A DNA stretch of 64,000 nucleotides, taken from NCBI GenBank assembly GCA_964016885.1, contig OZ024750.1, positions 19,654,001 to 19,718,000 on the forward strand, given 5' to 3'. Source of the DNA: Eledone cirrhosa. Taxonomy: Eukaryota. Below are positions 29,823-44,918 of the stretch, in pieces. Numbering within the stretch: position 1 is the stretch's first letter; each line of letters starts with the position of its first letter. The position numbers and the translations under genes are program-made. The notes beneath the pieces were generated by a model. The model did not search any database and was not told the origin of the DNA. It saw only the letters and a list, made by a program, of their open reading frames with translations.

Positions 29823-30979
29823 TATTTACTTAGTGAGAGTTATGAAGAATGCAGGGGTGAGTGGTTATGTGTCTAAATGTGTCTATGTTGTGAGAGTCCA
29901 GTTTAACTTGAAATTGAATACATGGGCATTAGATATTGTTGATTTTATATTTTGTAAATATTATTTGCTAGAGACTGGAGAGTGTTTCTCGTAGATAATC
30001 TTGAGTAACTACTAGAGTTGGTAGAATTAATATAAACTGATTCATCCTTCAAAATTGGACGATTCTTATATAAATTAAACAGAAAAAGGGGACATAGTAC
30101 AGAAAGAAAATATTTTCATAAGAGAAAGAAAATAATGATTTCTTTAGTGATAAATAGGAATATTAACTTTAATATACAGTGTAAAGCACACCAAAAGAAC
30201 CACACACACACATAGGCGTTTTGGTAAATTTGTGGTTTAAATTAATAACGTAAAATAACCGTTTCTCAATCGTTCGCAGTCTAAGATACAAATATATTTT
30301 AAATATAAATCGATTGGCAGAAAAAAACTTCTTGGTAGAGATTAATAACATAGAAACGTAGATATTTGCTAGATTTCTTTAAAAAATGAAATGATAATTT
30401 ATTTAGTAAACAGAATTGTTTTCTTATTTTAACGCTAAAACTGTTGTATATTTTGTTTAAACAATGGATGCATGCCTTAGCTAAAACGTTGTATAATATT
30501 GGTTAAATCATATAAACAGTTAGTTTATAGTACTTGATGTTAAAATGATGTTTTTATAAAGGAGATCCAATCTGAGTTTTTCACTTTGGTACATTTCTAA
30601 AAAACAATAAAAGAAACGGATTCTTGTCAGGTTTCTCAGATGCTGTATAACAAAAAGAGAGAAATACGAATATCATAATATAGTATCTGCAAGAATTAGA
30701 AATATTCAGAGTAAGTAAACAAAATCGGAATTGGATTATGACCACAAAACCTGAAATATCAAAACCACTAACAAATTTGTAAATAATATTCATGTATTGA
30801 ACAAGAATTGGGTATTTTGTCTAATAACTCTTTCTGGAAATATTCCCTTCCTTAGAAATTTACAGATAGATCGTTCTACATATTTTCATTTGGGATTCAT
30901 TGTATACATATATATTATTCATTTATATGATATGAAAAACTTTCAGTTCAGAGCATTTGAAAGAATAATAACAATAATG

Positions 30980-31135
30980 ACTTCCACTATAGACACAAGA
31001 CCAGGTGCATTACTGATGCTTTATTTTATCGATCCCATAAAGATGAAAAGCAAAGTTAATCTCGACAGGATTTGAACTCAGAACGTAAAGGGTCATAACT
31101 CTATGCTGACGCTTTACCGAAACTGCTAATCCACA
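30980..31135 (-). mobile_element. Diverged SINE S1
   Basis: ctttattttatcgatcccataaagatgaaaagcaaagttaatctcgacaggatttgaactcag. Confidence 0.8.
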
Positions 31136-32210
31136 GTAATATTAATATTAATGTTGACTAGAAACATCGTTATTCTGACTGGGTATGAAATGTAATACAA
31201 GAAAAAGTAGTTTCAATGTACGATGTCAATAGTAGTAGATCAAAGCTCTCATGCACTAGCATGTAAGTTACAACAATTGATGGTGTGGATGAAAGATGAA
31301 CTGTCGTTTTTGGTCAAGAGGTATATCGGTTGAAATTCCACATTCATGACATTTCATCGTGTATACGACAAAGGAGATCTCATGTCAAGTTTTTACGGTG
31401 TTTCAATATGCGTAACTAACTTCTATGATCCTTACAAATAGCTTATAATACCAAAGAAGCCATTCCAGAGAACATTTATCGTTTGAAATTCATATAGTTA
31501 TCTATGCCTCCCACATACGATTACAATTTATTTTAGAAGTTGTACGCTTAACGATATCCTGGTCAAATTTAAATAAACTGTTTCTATATTTAGACAAATC
31601 TTATCGTCTAAATTATGATAATAAAGGTGAATATGAACACGCATAAGATGCACTGATCTTTAATAAACTTGCACATAATATCATTGTAAGTATTCTAAGC
31701 TTAGATCAAATCAAACATAAAATAGTAACAACAATGCAATGTTTTGTATATATATTATATAGATCCATATATGCCGAACTTCTGAATCAAGCAATGTTAT
31801 TAAATATAACAACAGAAAAAGGTTGTATCACTTAATGTGGACCGAAAAGGTAAAACATGTAAATTGGTTCGAAATAAATCGAATCAAGCAGTAATATGCC
31901 TATAGCTTCGGATGAGTAGCATTGATGTATACATTCACTCACTGCAAGTAAGATAGTTCTCTATAATAACGTACTTTAATGGATCTATTGATTATATACA
32001 AACAGGCACTGTCACAGACGCACACACACACACATACACAGACACACAAACATGCATACACACAAACACACACACATACACACACATACACACTCACACG
32101 TATTACATATAGTAATAGTAATTACGAAAGCAAAATCCCGTACTAGGGTGAAAGCAGCAATTCTTATAAGAAGCGAGGAACATGGGAAAACTCTCCGATT
32201 TTTCAGCATA

Positions 32211-32312
32211 TAGTTGGAGTTGGGGTTACGGTTAAGGTTGGGGTTCGAGTTAGGTTTAGGTTTGTGGTTATGGTTAGAGATGGGGTTAGGGTTGATGTTA
32301 GCGTTAGGTTTG
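32211..32312 (+). repeat. Degenerate (TTAGGG)-like hexamer array
   Basis: ggggttacggttaaggttggggttcgagttaggtttaggtt..ggggttagggtt. Confidence 0.7.
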
Positions 32313-33947
32313 TGGGTAACAGCCTCCCCCTTCGCCTTCCGTTTTCCGTGGAAAACGTAATTTGCAGCATGTTCGGGGGTAAGATTAGTTGGTGGGACAC
32401 GAAAATTCCGAGGGAAAAGAATGGTAAAAAAAGTCTAGGGTGGGAGATGCAGGTCCGAGGCCCATTCCCCCTTATTTTGTCCGGAGAAAAGTCGTTTGCA
32501 CCATATTAGGAGGTAAACTTATTTGAAAGCGCACGAGAAAATAAAGGAAGGAAATATTTATTTCCCACTAAAAGCGGTGGTGGTGTCTTTCAATAAATGT
32601 ACCTAAGTATGTAGCTATGTACTTATGTTTTTATGCATAGCAATAGCTTAATATATTCTTAATCCAGATCACGTATTTATGTTGCTTCTATTCATGTTAG
32701 GTTCATCCCTAATCGAATATTATATAATATAATGTGAGTAGGTTTTAATACATTCCTGGTTGATTTAATATATTCATCCTTGGGAGAGAGCTAACTGAGA
32801 TTTGTAAGTTATTTCTCATAATTTCTATATTGGTTTATATATTAAAGCTGAGGAATTTCCAAGATGATTTTTCACATCGGATAGAAACATCGCATTATAC
32901 AAAAATAGTTGAAAAATAAATGGTTATTAACTAACTAATTTAGTGTGTGGTGGGACTTCGGGTTAATTTTCTTCATTGCTGTAATATTCTTATATTATAA
33001 TTTATTGTATTATAAGCTGACATCAAATATAAAAAATTCAGCACGTTTCCAGTAAAGCAACGAATAAATAGATGCTGACATGTGTGAATCACGAAATGGT
33101 TCGGTGTATGAATGTCTGGAATAATTTTACCACCATTTGACGTGTCTTCTGTGATTATTACCAAGTATTTCTCCGTTATTCAAAAGATTGTAGAGGACAC
33201 CGAACTGATTTAATGAGAGTGGCATATCTTATAACATCTATAGATCTAAAATTATATACAACCCACACAAGTCAGAATTATCACAGTAATGCATTAATTT
33301 CTAATATTGCTGAATATTAAACTGATGAATATCTTATAATTATCACTTTCAATGTTGATTAAAGGGAAGCCTTTTCGTTAGAGAATAAGATTACAAGACA
33401 CAGACGTAATGGGCAAAGACAAATATCTTTATGGACACTGAGTTCAAAGGGTTAAATTTCACAAGGTTTTCTCGTAGCAATTATCAATTATCTGGCTCTG
33501 TAAACATTTAGAAGATTTCTCTCTTTCTTGATCCCCAAGGAAAGATAATCGATACTGTACATTAAGAATAATGGGTACGGATAAAAGCATTCAGTAGAAT
33601 TAACTTACATTTTCCGTTTGAAGTAAAGATTACGTCGAATCCAACGGCAGTAGATCTTATGAGTCTTATCACCCTCAGATTTCAGTGGCGGACATTGTAA
33701 TGAGACTGTTAATGCTTCATATCCCTGTGTAACCCTAACTTTAGAAAATAAAGTATTTGGGAAAATGATTTCTATTATTGAGATACACGGTAAATAAAAT
33801 ATTTTAGGGACAAAATATATCTCTGTTACTAAGCAGAATATCTAAACAACACGTTCCTCCTCTTTAGTAAAGTATTACAGGTTTCGATTTTACAGGTTTC
33901 AATTTTAAAATACATATATTGTCTGAGAATAACATTGATCCCAAATG

Positions 33948-34068
<121 letters not shown>

Positions 34069-34180
34069 ACTAACAAAAAGTTGCAGTTCTGTTCACATGC
34101 CAACACAAGGGCAAGAATGCGTGGCTCATTCTACTAACATGGCTTAAAATATTATTATTATTATTGTTCGAGAAACTCTG

Positions 34181-34295
<115 letters not shown>

Positions 34296-34570
34296 TTATG
34301 AAAAATGGCGTGCTGCGTGGTTGCACATGGGTTGCATATGAATAAAATTAGTCCTTCATCGGTGATCTTCCAGCCTTCATTGTTATTTCTTCGCTTTAAA
34401 GATCATATACCTCTGGTTGGTGCGAGCAATAACTAAAGAAAGTTATTGGGACACGTAAAATAGGATGAAGCGAGCGAGACATGTAAACAAACAAAGATGG
34501 TAATGCATAGGAAGAATGGAAAACAAGTCCGTGATATCTGTGAACTTAAGTTCTGTGAAATCATAGACGA

Positions 34571-34653
<83 letters not shown>

Positions 34654-34656
<3 letters not shown>

Positions 34657-35142
34657 GAAGTTATAGTTCACTTGAAGCATTGTGTAATGAGGTATACACG
34701 TTTGTATATGTATAATAAAGCCAAAAGAATGCAGGTATGGACATGAAGAATGCAAATGCAAAAGATATTGTTGACAATTAGTCTTTTACCTTAGATTTAT
34801 TTAAATGTCCTTAATTTTCGAGATAATATCTCTTCTTCGGATGGAAGTAAAGCGGTTAAACAGGTGTTCTAATTAGCTTGCAAAGTCATGCTGACAGGAA
34901 ATGGTATAGAGTATACCATTATATTCTCTATACCATTTCCTGTCAGCATGACTTGGCAAGCTATTTAGAACACTGGTTTAACCGCTTTACTTCCCTCCGA
35001 AGAAGAGATATTATCTATAAAATTAAGGACATTTAAATAAATCTAAGTTAAAAGTCTAATTGTCAACAATATCTTTTGCATTTGCATTCTTTATTCTATG
35101 TCCGTACCTGCATTGTTTTGGCTTTATTATACATATACAAAC

Positions 35143-35146
<4 letters not shown>
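34654..35146. mobile_element. Family A foldback element (arms about 215 bp) inside (TA)n
   Basis: About 34695-34912 is the reverse complement of about 34925-35146. Long pure (TA)n on both sides. Confidence 0.9.
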
Positions 35147-35223
<77 letters not shown>

Positions 35224-35910
35224 ATAAGAATTTGGTTTTTCACTCTAACATCGATACGTGAAAGTATTCGGGAGTTTTATGCCGAATTATGATAATATTC
35301 GATTCGTGCAAGCAAACAGCCCCATTACACTACGTTCGTTAGATGAAGATAGCAATACTTTTGTTCAAGTGGTTGTACAGAGAAACAATCGACAACATTA
35401 TTTCTGGGTTCTTGTATTTTGTCAAGATTGTGTATTTCTTTTGTGCCACTCACTAGAACTCTTGAGAATATATTTTCAGTCAGTTTGTAAAGGCAGTAAA
35501 TCTGACCTTTATCGGATATTTGAAGGTTGGGAAGACGGAGGGAGGAATGCATCTCAATAAAGAGTGCTAAACTGGGTTTTAATGTCAGACCACAAAGACA
35601 CAGAAATATTTTGGTAGTAATTTCGTCCGGCGCACCATTAATTCTATCAAACATTGCTCTGAACTGATTCGTAATTCTATTGATCAGCATAAAGAGCCAA
35701 GGCAAGTTGTTTTCATTATGATTCTAACATAGTGAAATCGAGGAAGAGTGTATTTATTAAAGGACTGCGATGCTAGTTTCTAATGGTAGTTAATATGACT
35801 ATACCGATGATTCCCGGGTAAAAATAGCTTATTATTCCAATATTTTTCACCTATCGATACTAAACATGCCAGTATGTCAGCGCTTCTTATGTTTTCACAA
35901 CTTTATAAAT

Positions 35911-36150
35911 GTGAAGGCGTGTGACATAATCATTAGTTTAATCATCACAAGGTCGTACGTTCGTGGGATCGAATACCAGGCGTGCATTATGTCCTTGAGC
36001 ATTACACTTTATTTCCTGTTACTCCAGTCTATTCAGCTGGGACAATGGGTCGTACCTGTAATTTACCTAGTCAGTCTTGTCACACAGTGTATCAGGATAA
36101 ATCTCAATGAACACTACGTTATATGTAAATGTGTCTGTCGCACCAATCGA
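35911..36150 (+). mobile_element. Second tRNA-derived SINE family (S2), diverged
   Basis: B-box-like ggatcgaatacc followed by tgtccttgagcattacactt..ctccagtctattcagctg. A related minus-strand remnant lies at about 37560-37770. Confidence 0.55.
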
Positions 36151-37254
36151 CTCTTCTGGTTACTACTCTAGAAAGGAATATGTGTTTCGTATCATTTTGT
36201 TTTGAAGTTCATAATAAAACCTGAGATCAACTGAAGTTAGCATGCATTGAAAGCTTTGTTTCATATTTGAACATAGCAAATTTATCGAGAATATTTTCAA
36301 ATGTGGGGCATCATTTGTGAACTTAAACCGAATAGCTTTATATTTATTTTCAGGAGAAAACAATTGATCATATGGATATGGCTGAATCTTATTTCCCATC
36401 ACTAATATATTACTCTCAATTTTTTGTTTTATGTTAGAAAAAGTTGCTAGTGGCAAAGTGTATTTTATTACACTTCTTATGCAGCAAACATATGTGAGCT
36501 CCTGAATTATTATAAAATTACGAGAACCAGTAAACATATGTATACGTTAAAGAACGCGATGTGGATTCTACTAAAACTTATAATCATAGCCATAGTGATA
36601 AGCTATTATTATTTATTTTCTAAAAGAAGAACATACAGCTGTATAAAACAAAACAAGTTCCAGATTTATTGGGATCGGCATTGCAGCTGTGAACTTTGGT
36701 GCATACATAACAAAGATTGATGAAAAAAATGCTGAAGCTATAAAGAGATTAGTTATCGAAAAATTTATTATATTTTATAGTAGAAAATATATTATATGCT
36801 CACTATAAAGCAACTGATTCATCTCATATAGAACCTGTCGGTATAACTTAGCAAAGTAAAATATATTTCCAGCTAAAGTTTTCTTCATCGTGTGCCATTA
36901 ATCCATTTTTCTTCAGAATGAAATTAGAATAAAACAAAATTTCTTCGAAATTTTATTCACAAGCATCAGTGTCTATGACCTTAAATATCATGGCTTTAGG
37001 TGGAAATATAATTAGATAGCAGGTTATGTATGTATCACGCATATGTTGGATATCTTGCACTTCTTACTGATTAGTAGTTAGAGAAGTACAGGCAGTACCT
37101 TTAACTCTCTTTAGGTACTTCGAGTCTTGTAAGATGTGTATCCACTAAGGTACACGGTTTCAATTGGCAGAATCGATAGAGCGTAGGACACCATGCTTTA
37201 CAGCAGAGAGTTATGATTTTATTCAACGTATTCTCCTCGTATATATATATACAT

Positions 37255-37392
37255 TCAGATCTAGCTGTGGAAACGGCTAGAGCTCAGCCGTCGGGGTCCT
37301 GACTCATTTCCTATTACCCACTCTACTACCCTTAATATTGAGTACTCTGGTGCGTTATGGTCCACCTGGTTCCTTACCACACTTTCTTTGTT
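37255..37392 (+). mobile_element. Family G element (HHR 3' half plus tail)
   Basis: gaaacggctagagctcagccgtcggggtc..ttcctattacccactctactaccc..ggttccttaccaca. Confidence 0.8.
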
Positions 37393-38232
37393 ATACATAC
37401 ATTCATATATACATACTTACTTAGACACATGCATATATACATTATATACTTTCATATGTGTGTCTGTGTATGTGTGATTCTGATATATATACATATCTTT
37501 GATATGTATGTATACCATTTTCTGATATACATACATATCTATGTATGTATAACAAGTGAGTGGCAGCGTGTTCTACAGACATGTGTAAAGTTAACGTTCT
37601 TCTTAGAGGAATTCAACCTGACAATTTGTAGGACGATTTTGGGCATTAGAATTACACGGACAATCCATGCAACGGGCTACCAAAAGAGTCCCGTCTACAA
37701 AAGTTTACTCCCAATGCTCGGGTAAACACGAGGCTATGGTAAATGACACGTCTCCAATATACCAAACAGCGAATAGAAATATTTCAACAGTTGTACATGC
37801 TGCATATATTCAATATTCATCATAAACTTCCATATGAATAAAAATAATATAGTTTTGTTGATGTAAAATATATGTAATGTTAGTGAACAAAATATCCGCA
37901 ACATAAAATTTATAATAACCCTTTTGTAAACAAGTTATTATTAGGTTTATATAGCAACAATTTGTTTTGTTTATACTGCTTGAGAACTATATTTAAATGG
38001 GACCGTCTGTAGGCATAACAGAATTCCCATGATTATGTAAACAAAAAAAAACACGTCGCACACATGTATGTGAGTATGAGTGTATGGAAGTGCACACACA
38101 TATATATATACATATTTCATTTTTCTCACTTGATATACATGCATACATATGTATACATATTCATACATACACACACGCATAGAGGAAAGTAGATATGTAT
38201 ATATATACTTGTATATGGATGTATCTAAGTAA

Positions 38233-38265
<33 letters not shown>

Positions 38266-38296
38266 TATATATACATATATATATACGGAGTTTGGA

Positions 38297-38334
<38 letters not shown>

Positions 38335-38392
38335 GTGTGGGTGTGAGTGTGTCTATGTATGTATATATATATATATGTGTGTGTGTATCTCA

Positions 38393-38507
38393 CGAATAAA
38401 ACAGTTCTAGTCCTGTAGAAACTCTTCTATATTAAAACTTTTATACTCTGCTATGTATTGAGTACCTTACTTACTATGGTTACCTACGATTCAACCCGGA
38501 ATAACTT
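38393..38507 (+). mobile_element. Family C element (HHR 3' half plus tail)
   Basis: aaacagttctagtcctgtagaa..gtattgagtaccttacttac..attcaacccggaataac. Confidence 0.8.
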
Positions 38508-38566
<59 letters not shown>

Positions 38567-38567
<1 letters not shown>

Positions 38568-38669
38568 CGAAGGAAATGTGGTAAGCAACCAGATGGACCA
38601 TAACGCACCAAAGTGCTCAATACTTAGGGTAGTAGAGTGGGTAATAGAAACGTAGGGGTCCTACTCGTT

Positions 38670-38672
<3 letters not shown>
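38567..38672. mobile_element. Family G tail with a short inversion, TA-flanked
   Basis: Reverse complement of 56175-56256 followed by ggggtcctactcgttcc. Confidence 0.8.
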
Positions 38673-38707
<35 letters not shown>

Positions 38708-39045
38708 TATATATATACAATATACACGGAGTTTGCAATATCTCTAAGTATAGTTAAGCTCGTGTTGTAGTATTAGGTTACCGTCCTTTTTATTCTGTAT
38801 TCACTCGATTAAACTTGGAAGTCACAGCTACATCTTTATTCAGAAAATAGAAAATAATTCTCACATTCAAATATATTGCGTGCCCATTCAGGTAATGTTT
38901 GAATGTTTCATATGCATTAGTAATTTTAATTTATGTATACAAATGCATACATACGAGTCCACACATACGCATAAGCACACACAGACACACATATGTATAT
39001 ATATATATACAAATATACATATATATCTATATATCTATATGTATG

Positions 39046-39113
<68 letters not shown>

Positions 39114-39684
39114 CGTGTGTGTGTGAATATATATATATACATATATATATACACATACATTATCACATTTAGATACTTATGTACATTATGGACAATTGTA
39201 TATAAATGTAAGTATACATATATGCGGAGAATAAGAATAAATGATATTAACGCTGTATTTAGGTTGTTATAAAATATTCCAAAAACTATTATGTAAAAAC
39301 CGTAGGGATAACAAAGGAAATATCTACGGGAAAAATAATATAATTGGTAATTTACAGAATTTATTGCGCAGGATTTTAATGCATGGCAATTCTTATCAGG
39401 AACGGCAATTTGAATGATTTGATTATTATAATACATAATAATTCATACTACAATATAATGTAGTTGAAGAAAAAAAAAATGTTTGATAATTTAACGTAAT
39501 TTACTTGCCTCCTGTTGCAGGCAAAGAATAAAATTATGGAGAAATTACAAATTATAAATAAAACGTCACTGGGGAATCGAACAGCGACAGACTGGAAAAT
39601 GTTTCAATTATGGCTTTTTTAGATATCTTTCTTATTTTTGTGACGTTTATTATGAATTTCAGGTATATTTCTATGTATTTTTAA

Positions 39685-39902
39685 AGAAGAAGAAGAAGAA
39701 TGAAGCAGAAGTAGAAGAAGAAGAATGAGGGGAGGGATTAGAAGAAGATGGAGAGGAAGAAGAAGAAGAAAGAAGACGAAGATGAAGAAAGAAGAAGACC
39801 GATAAGAAGCGAAGGGAGGAGAAAAAGCAGTGGGAGAAGAACAACAAGAACGAGACGAAGAAGAAGAAGAAGAAGAAGAAGAAGAAGAAGAAGAAGAAGA
39901 AG
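39685..39902. repeat. Purine-rich (GAA)n tract
   Basis: Direct reading. Confidence 0.9.
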
Positions 39903-40034
39903 CTCACATAATAGATGTTTAAGCGTAGAATTTCTATAATTATCTAATTGTATTTTTCAATATCTTGGTGCACTACGAGGTTTCGTGCAATGGTATATAT
40001 AGGAATAGATTTAGAAGCATATATTAATCTATTA

Positions 40035-40117
<83 letters not shown>

Positions 40118-40665
40118 TATATATTATTTCAAACGAAGGACAGAGTTTTAGACCTATAGAGGTTATTTCCATCAGAAGGTGAAATAAATTTTGTATCTTT
40201 AATTAATATATTGATTACCCTATTTAATATATAGGTGGTGCTATTAAGTCATACATGGCATGGGCCAATACTGGCCGAAACCTATCAAAGTTATCAAAGT
40301 TATTAACACTCCGCTTCAGAGAACCAGTGTGTATATATATAAAGTCAGAGACAAATGCATACACACACACACAGGCTCATGCACACATACAAATATACTC
40401 TCACTCGCATGCGGATATACACACACATATATACATATATACACATTAAGAATTAGAGAGAGTGGAAAAGATAGCGTTACAGCAGTAAAGAAAATTATAA
40501 TAATTGTTTCTACCTACAATAATGATGATATATGTGGAGCAAATTCAATTATTTTAGATATAGACTTGGGATCATAGTCGCCAAAAAATAAAATGTACAA
40601 GAAGTTTATTTGCTGGGAAGTGGTTTAATTTCATTAAACCCTTTATTAACATACAAGGTTATATT

Positions 40666-40833
40666 AATTGTTCTACTTTGGTGCCAAGGCGAGCAATTAC
40701 TCCTGTTCATTACTGGTACTTTATTTTATCGACCCCATAAGGATGAAATGTAAAGTTAACCTCGGCGGGATTTGACTCAGACCGTATCCCACCGAGGTTA
40801 ACTTTGTGTTTCACCCTAACGAGGTCAATAAAT
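40666..40833 (-). mobile_element. SINE S1 3' part plus a short inverted S1 piece (40788-40833)
   Basis: Reverse complement of the S1 core, followed by cccaccgaggttaactttg in forward orientation. Confidence 0.8.
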
Positions 40834-41451
40834 GGTTATAATAATATACATGTAGAGCCTACATTAAGCAGCGAACTAGCAACGCCAATGCAGTTAAGAG
40901 TGAATGCATAATTTTATTCGTCCCAGCTCTATGTGGTCTGAGTTAAAATGTTGTTCTGGACATCTTTTCCTTCCATACTTTCAAGGCTGTCATATAAAGT
41001 TCCAACCCATTACTAAGGACGATACGTCTTCTCTGTGTCATTTCTCTCTTTCACACTCTTTCTCTAGTCAGATTTACACCAAAAGGGCTTAAGCTTGATC
41101 CTGGAGAATAACTATTTGGTAACAATTATATTATGCACGGGTTGGTTGTAATATATACTGAAAACAAAAAGAATTAGGAACGCTAAATTATGAGTTATGA
41201 ATGTGAGAAAATGTGTACAAAAGCAGTCGCAAAAATATATTTATATTAACAAGAATAAGGTCACTCTCGTGTGATACAGGTAACACGTAAACCAGTACAA
41301 TCTCTCATATGGTCGGGTCGTCGGCGATTAAACCAGCAACCTTGGCAAGTTTGCTTGATGAAGAGGGAGATGTTGGATAACCTTTATGATGAAAAACAAT
41401 ACCTGACAAAGAGTGGTGGATAATCTAGCAGTTTGAATTTTGCATTTTATA

Positions 41452-41985
<534 letters not shown>

Positions 41986-42112
41986 AGTTAATTCAGCTCT
42001 GTATGAATAAGTTATACATGTAATACAAACGGCTAGTCTTGCCAGGCTAGATCACGCTGTATAGGAACGTGAGTGTGAACTGTTTTGCGATTTCCAGTTA
42101 ATTTCCCAATAT

Positions 42113-42288
42113 CATTGTTTCTACTTTTTGGCACAAGGCTAGCAATTATCCCAATACATTACTGGTACTTTATATTATCGACCCCGTAAAGATGAAAGGC
42201 AAATTAACCTCGGCGAGATTTGAACTCAGACCATAAAAGGGCCGTAACTCTACGCTGCAAAACATGGCGTTCGACACTCTACCGATAT
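42113..42288 (-). mobile_element. SINE S1
   Basis: Reverse complement of the S1 consensus. A more diverged relative follows at about 42360-42495. Confidence 0.85.
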
Positions 42289-43016
42289 AATATTGAAGCA
42301 ATAAGAGTTAGACCCGGAAACTTTGACGAAAGGGCAAAGTTATTGAATCAACCACATCATTAGGTTGGTGGTTATATTTATCGATCCCAGTAAGATAAAA
42401 GGCAATGGTGACCTTAGCGGGATTATAACCCCACATATAAAAAGCCAGGACAAAAACCCAATGAATATTATCCAACGCTCAACCAATTCTGCCAATGTAT
42501 TACCCTTGAGAGAAGCTAGTATTACAATTCATAATAGTAATAAACTCGTCAATGGTACCAATGATGGTAATTGGGCTGATGTGATTGGACAGTTTGTTTT
42601 CACGTTAGAAAACTTACAATGAAATATGCCGCTAACATAAATAGAAACTGTCTATAAGTATGATATTGAAAGTGGCCATTTCTGATATATCTCTTAATAA
42701 GAGTGGGATTGCTACTATAAAAAAAACAAATTGCGTGAGAAAAAAATTCTTATATATTACTAACGTTTTGGATTCTAGAGATTTTCTTTAAAGTCAATGC
42801 AACGAACCTAGAAATTCGTCAAATCCTCCGTATACATCTAACTGCAGAATAAAAAACAATTCTTTGCAATCAAATCTCCAAAACGGTAAAGACCTGTAAA
42901 TACGGATTACATATTCAACCAAACCCACAACACGCACACACATGCGTACACACAGACACACACTCACACACATACAGACACTCACTCACACTCACACACA
43001 TATAGACACTCACTCA

Positions 43017-43048
<32 letters not shown>

Positions 43049-43212
43049 TATGCATATATATATATATATGAATATATATATATATATGAATATATATATA
43101 TATATATGAATATATATATATATGTATATGTGGCGTGTATGTGTGTATGTGTGTGTGTGTGTATTTATATTATAAAACTAGGATATTTGGAAGCTGTATC
43201 ACAAATAAATAT

Positions 43213-43386
43213 TTTTTTCTACTTTAGCCACAAGGCCAGCAATTATCCCAGTGCATTACTGGTACTTTATTTTATCGACCCCGTAAGGACGAAAGGTAAA
43301 GCTAACATCGGCGGGATTTGAATTCATAACGTAAAAGGTTATAACACTATGCTGAAAAGCACGGAGTCTGACGCTATACCGATATT
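43213..43386 (-). mobile_element. SINE S1
   Basis: Reverse complement of the S1 consensus. Confidence 0.85.
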
Positions 43387-43781
43387 ATAATATTTTACAA
43401 CAATTACTAATGCAAATAATTAACATTTGAATATTGTCTTTTCAATTGACACTTCTACAATTCTCTCAATTCTTCACGTAAGTGTTGAGTATATATATGT
43501 CTCTCACAAGAATAATATTTGCAAAGAAACATTTTAAATGTATGGCAGATTTCGACGTCTTTAGAATATTATCCATGTTTACATACACATACAATCTCGG
43601 TATTAATAAAATGAAAAGTCGCGGATTTACTTCTAAATATTGAATGAAGTATTAGGAAGACAAAGACGAATGGAAGATCGATGGTCTAAATTGAGAATAA
43701 ATATAAATATAAATATATATATATAGGTAGATAGATAGGTATATATATATAGAGAGAGATCTATATATAGCTATATATTTA

Positions 43782-43860
<79 letters not shown>

Positions 43861-43897
43861 CTATATATAGATCTCTAGATAGATAGCTAGATAGAGA

Positions 43898-43931
<34 letters not shown>

Positions 43932-44312
43932 AAAAGTAAGTTTATATAGCAGAGGGGGATACATATAAAAACCGTCTGTATTAAAATAAGAATAGTTTGG
44001 AGAGATAAGGCCAGACAATCCAATTCAATGCATACATAAGTAGAAACATTAAAACAGAATAGAATAGAAGTGATTTATATGAAATATTTATTCAGAGCAA
44101 AACAGACTGTATAACTGGAGCTGTCAGCGTATTACTAGATTGCCAAAGTTTCTAGGTACATTCTATACAATCGAAGAGGCGATCGAAAGTAAGGAATTAC
44201 ATCTAAAATGCAGATGAGTTGCAGTGCTGGTCGATATATTTCGATGTATTGTTCGAATAGAATGATGTGTTTTAGTGCATACAAATTTCCAGCAATGCAA
44301 ACATCGTTTTGG

Positions 44313-44370
<58 letters not shown>

Positions 44371-44741
44371 ATTGTGTATGGTATGTATATGGATGTGTCT
44401 GTGTGTGTTGACTTTTTATGTGGTTAGTCTCCGGTGATGTTTTTTTTATCGGTATCAATACTGTAAAAAATACTGAATAAAACATACTTTAAGCACAAAG
44501 CTATATAAAGTGAATTGGTAGCAAGTTTAGAAGATCGTGTAAAATGCATTGTGAAATCTACTCCGTCATATTTCCTGCTGATTTCAAATGCTACTGGAGT
44601 TCAGCAACAGAAAAGTATAGTGTGAAGTAGGAGTGTATCGGTTAAAGCAGTGGTACTTTCTTTTTTACCCAAGTACCCATTCGATTCTTATTTTACTCTG
44701 ATGAACATTCATACTAATTTATTATTATTAAATATCTATTA

Positions 44742-44918
44742 GGGCGGTGGATTGGTAGTATAGGTATAGGATCGGACGCCATGCTTTGACGCATAGAGTT
44801 AGGGCCCTTGCCATTCTGAGTTCAAATCCAGCCGAAGTTAACTTTGCCTTTCATCCTTACGGGGTCGATAAAATAAAGTACCAGTAATACACTAGTGCCA
44901 AAAGTAGAAACAATTATT
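44742..44918 (+). mobile_element. SINE S1
   Basis: gggcggtggattggtagtataggtatagg..gttcaaatcc..ggggtcgataaaataaagtaccag. Confidence 0.85.

Noticed and set aside
44695-44720. Isolated CTGATGA (similar isolated cores at about 11620, 19922, 33322, 52140 and 60473)
   Set aside because: No matching stem II, GAAA and UH arrangement.
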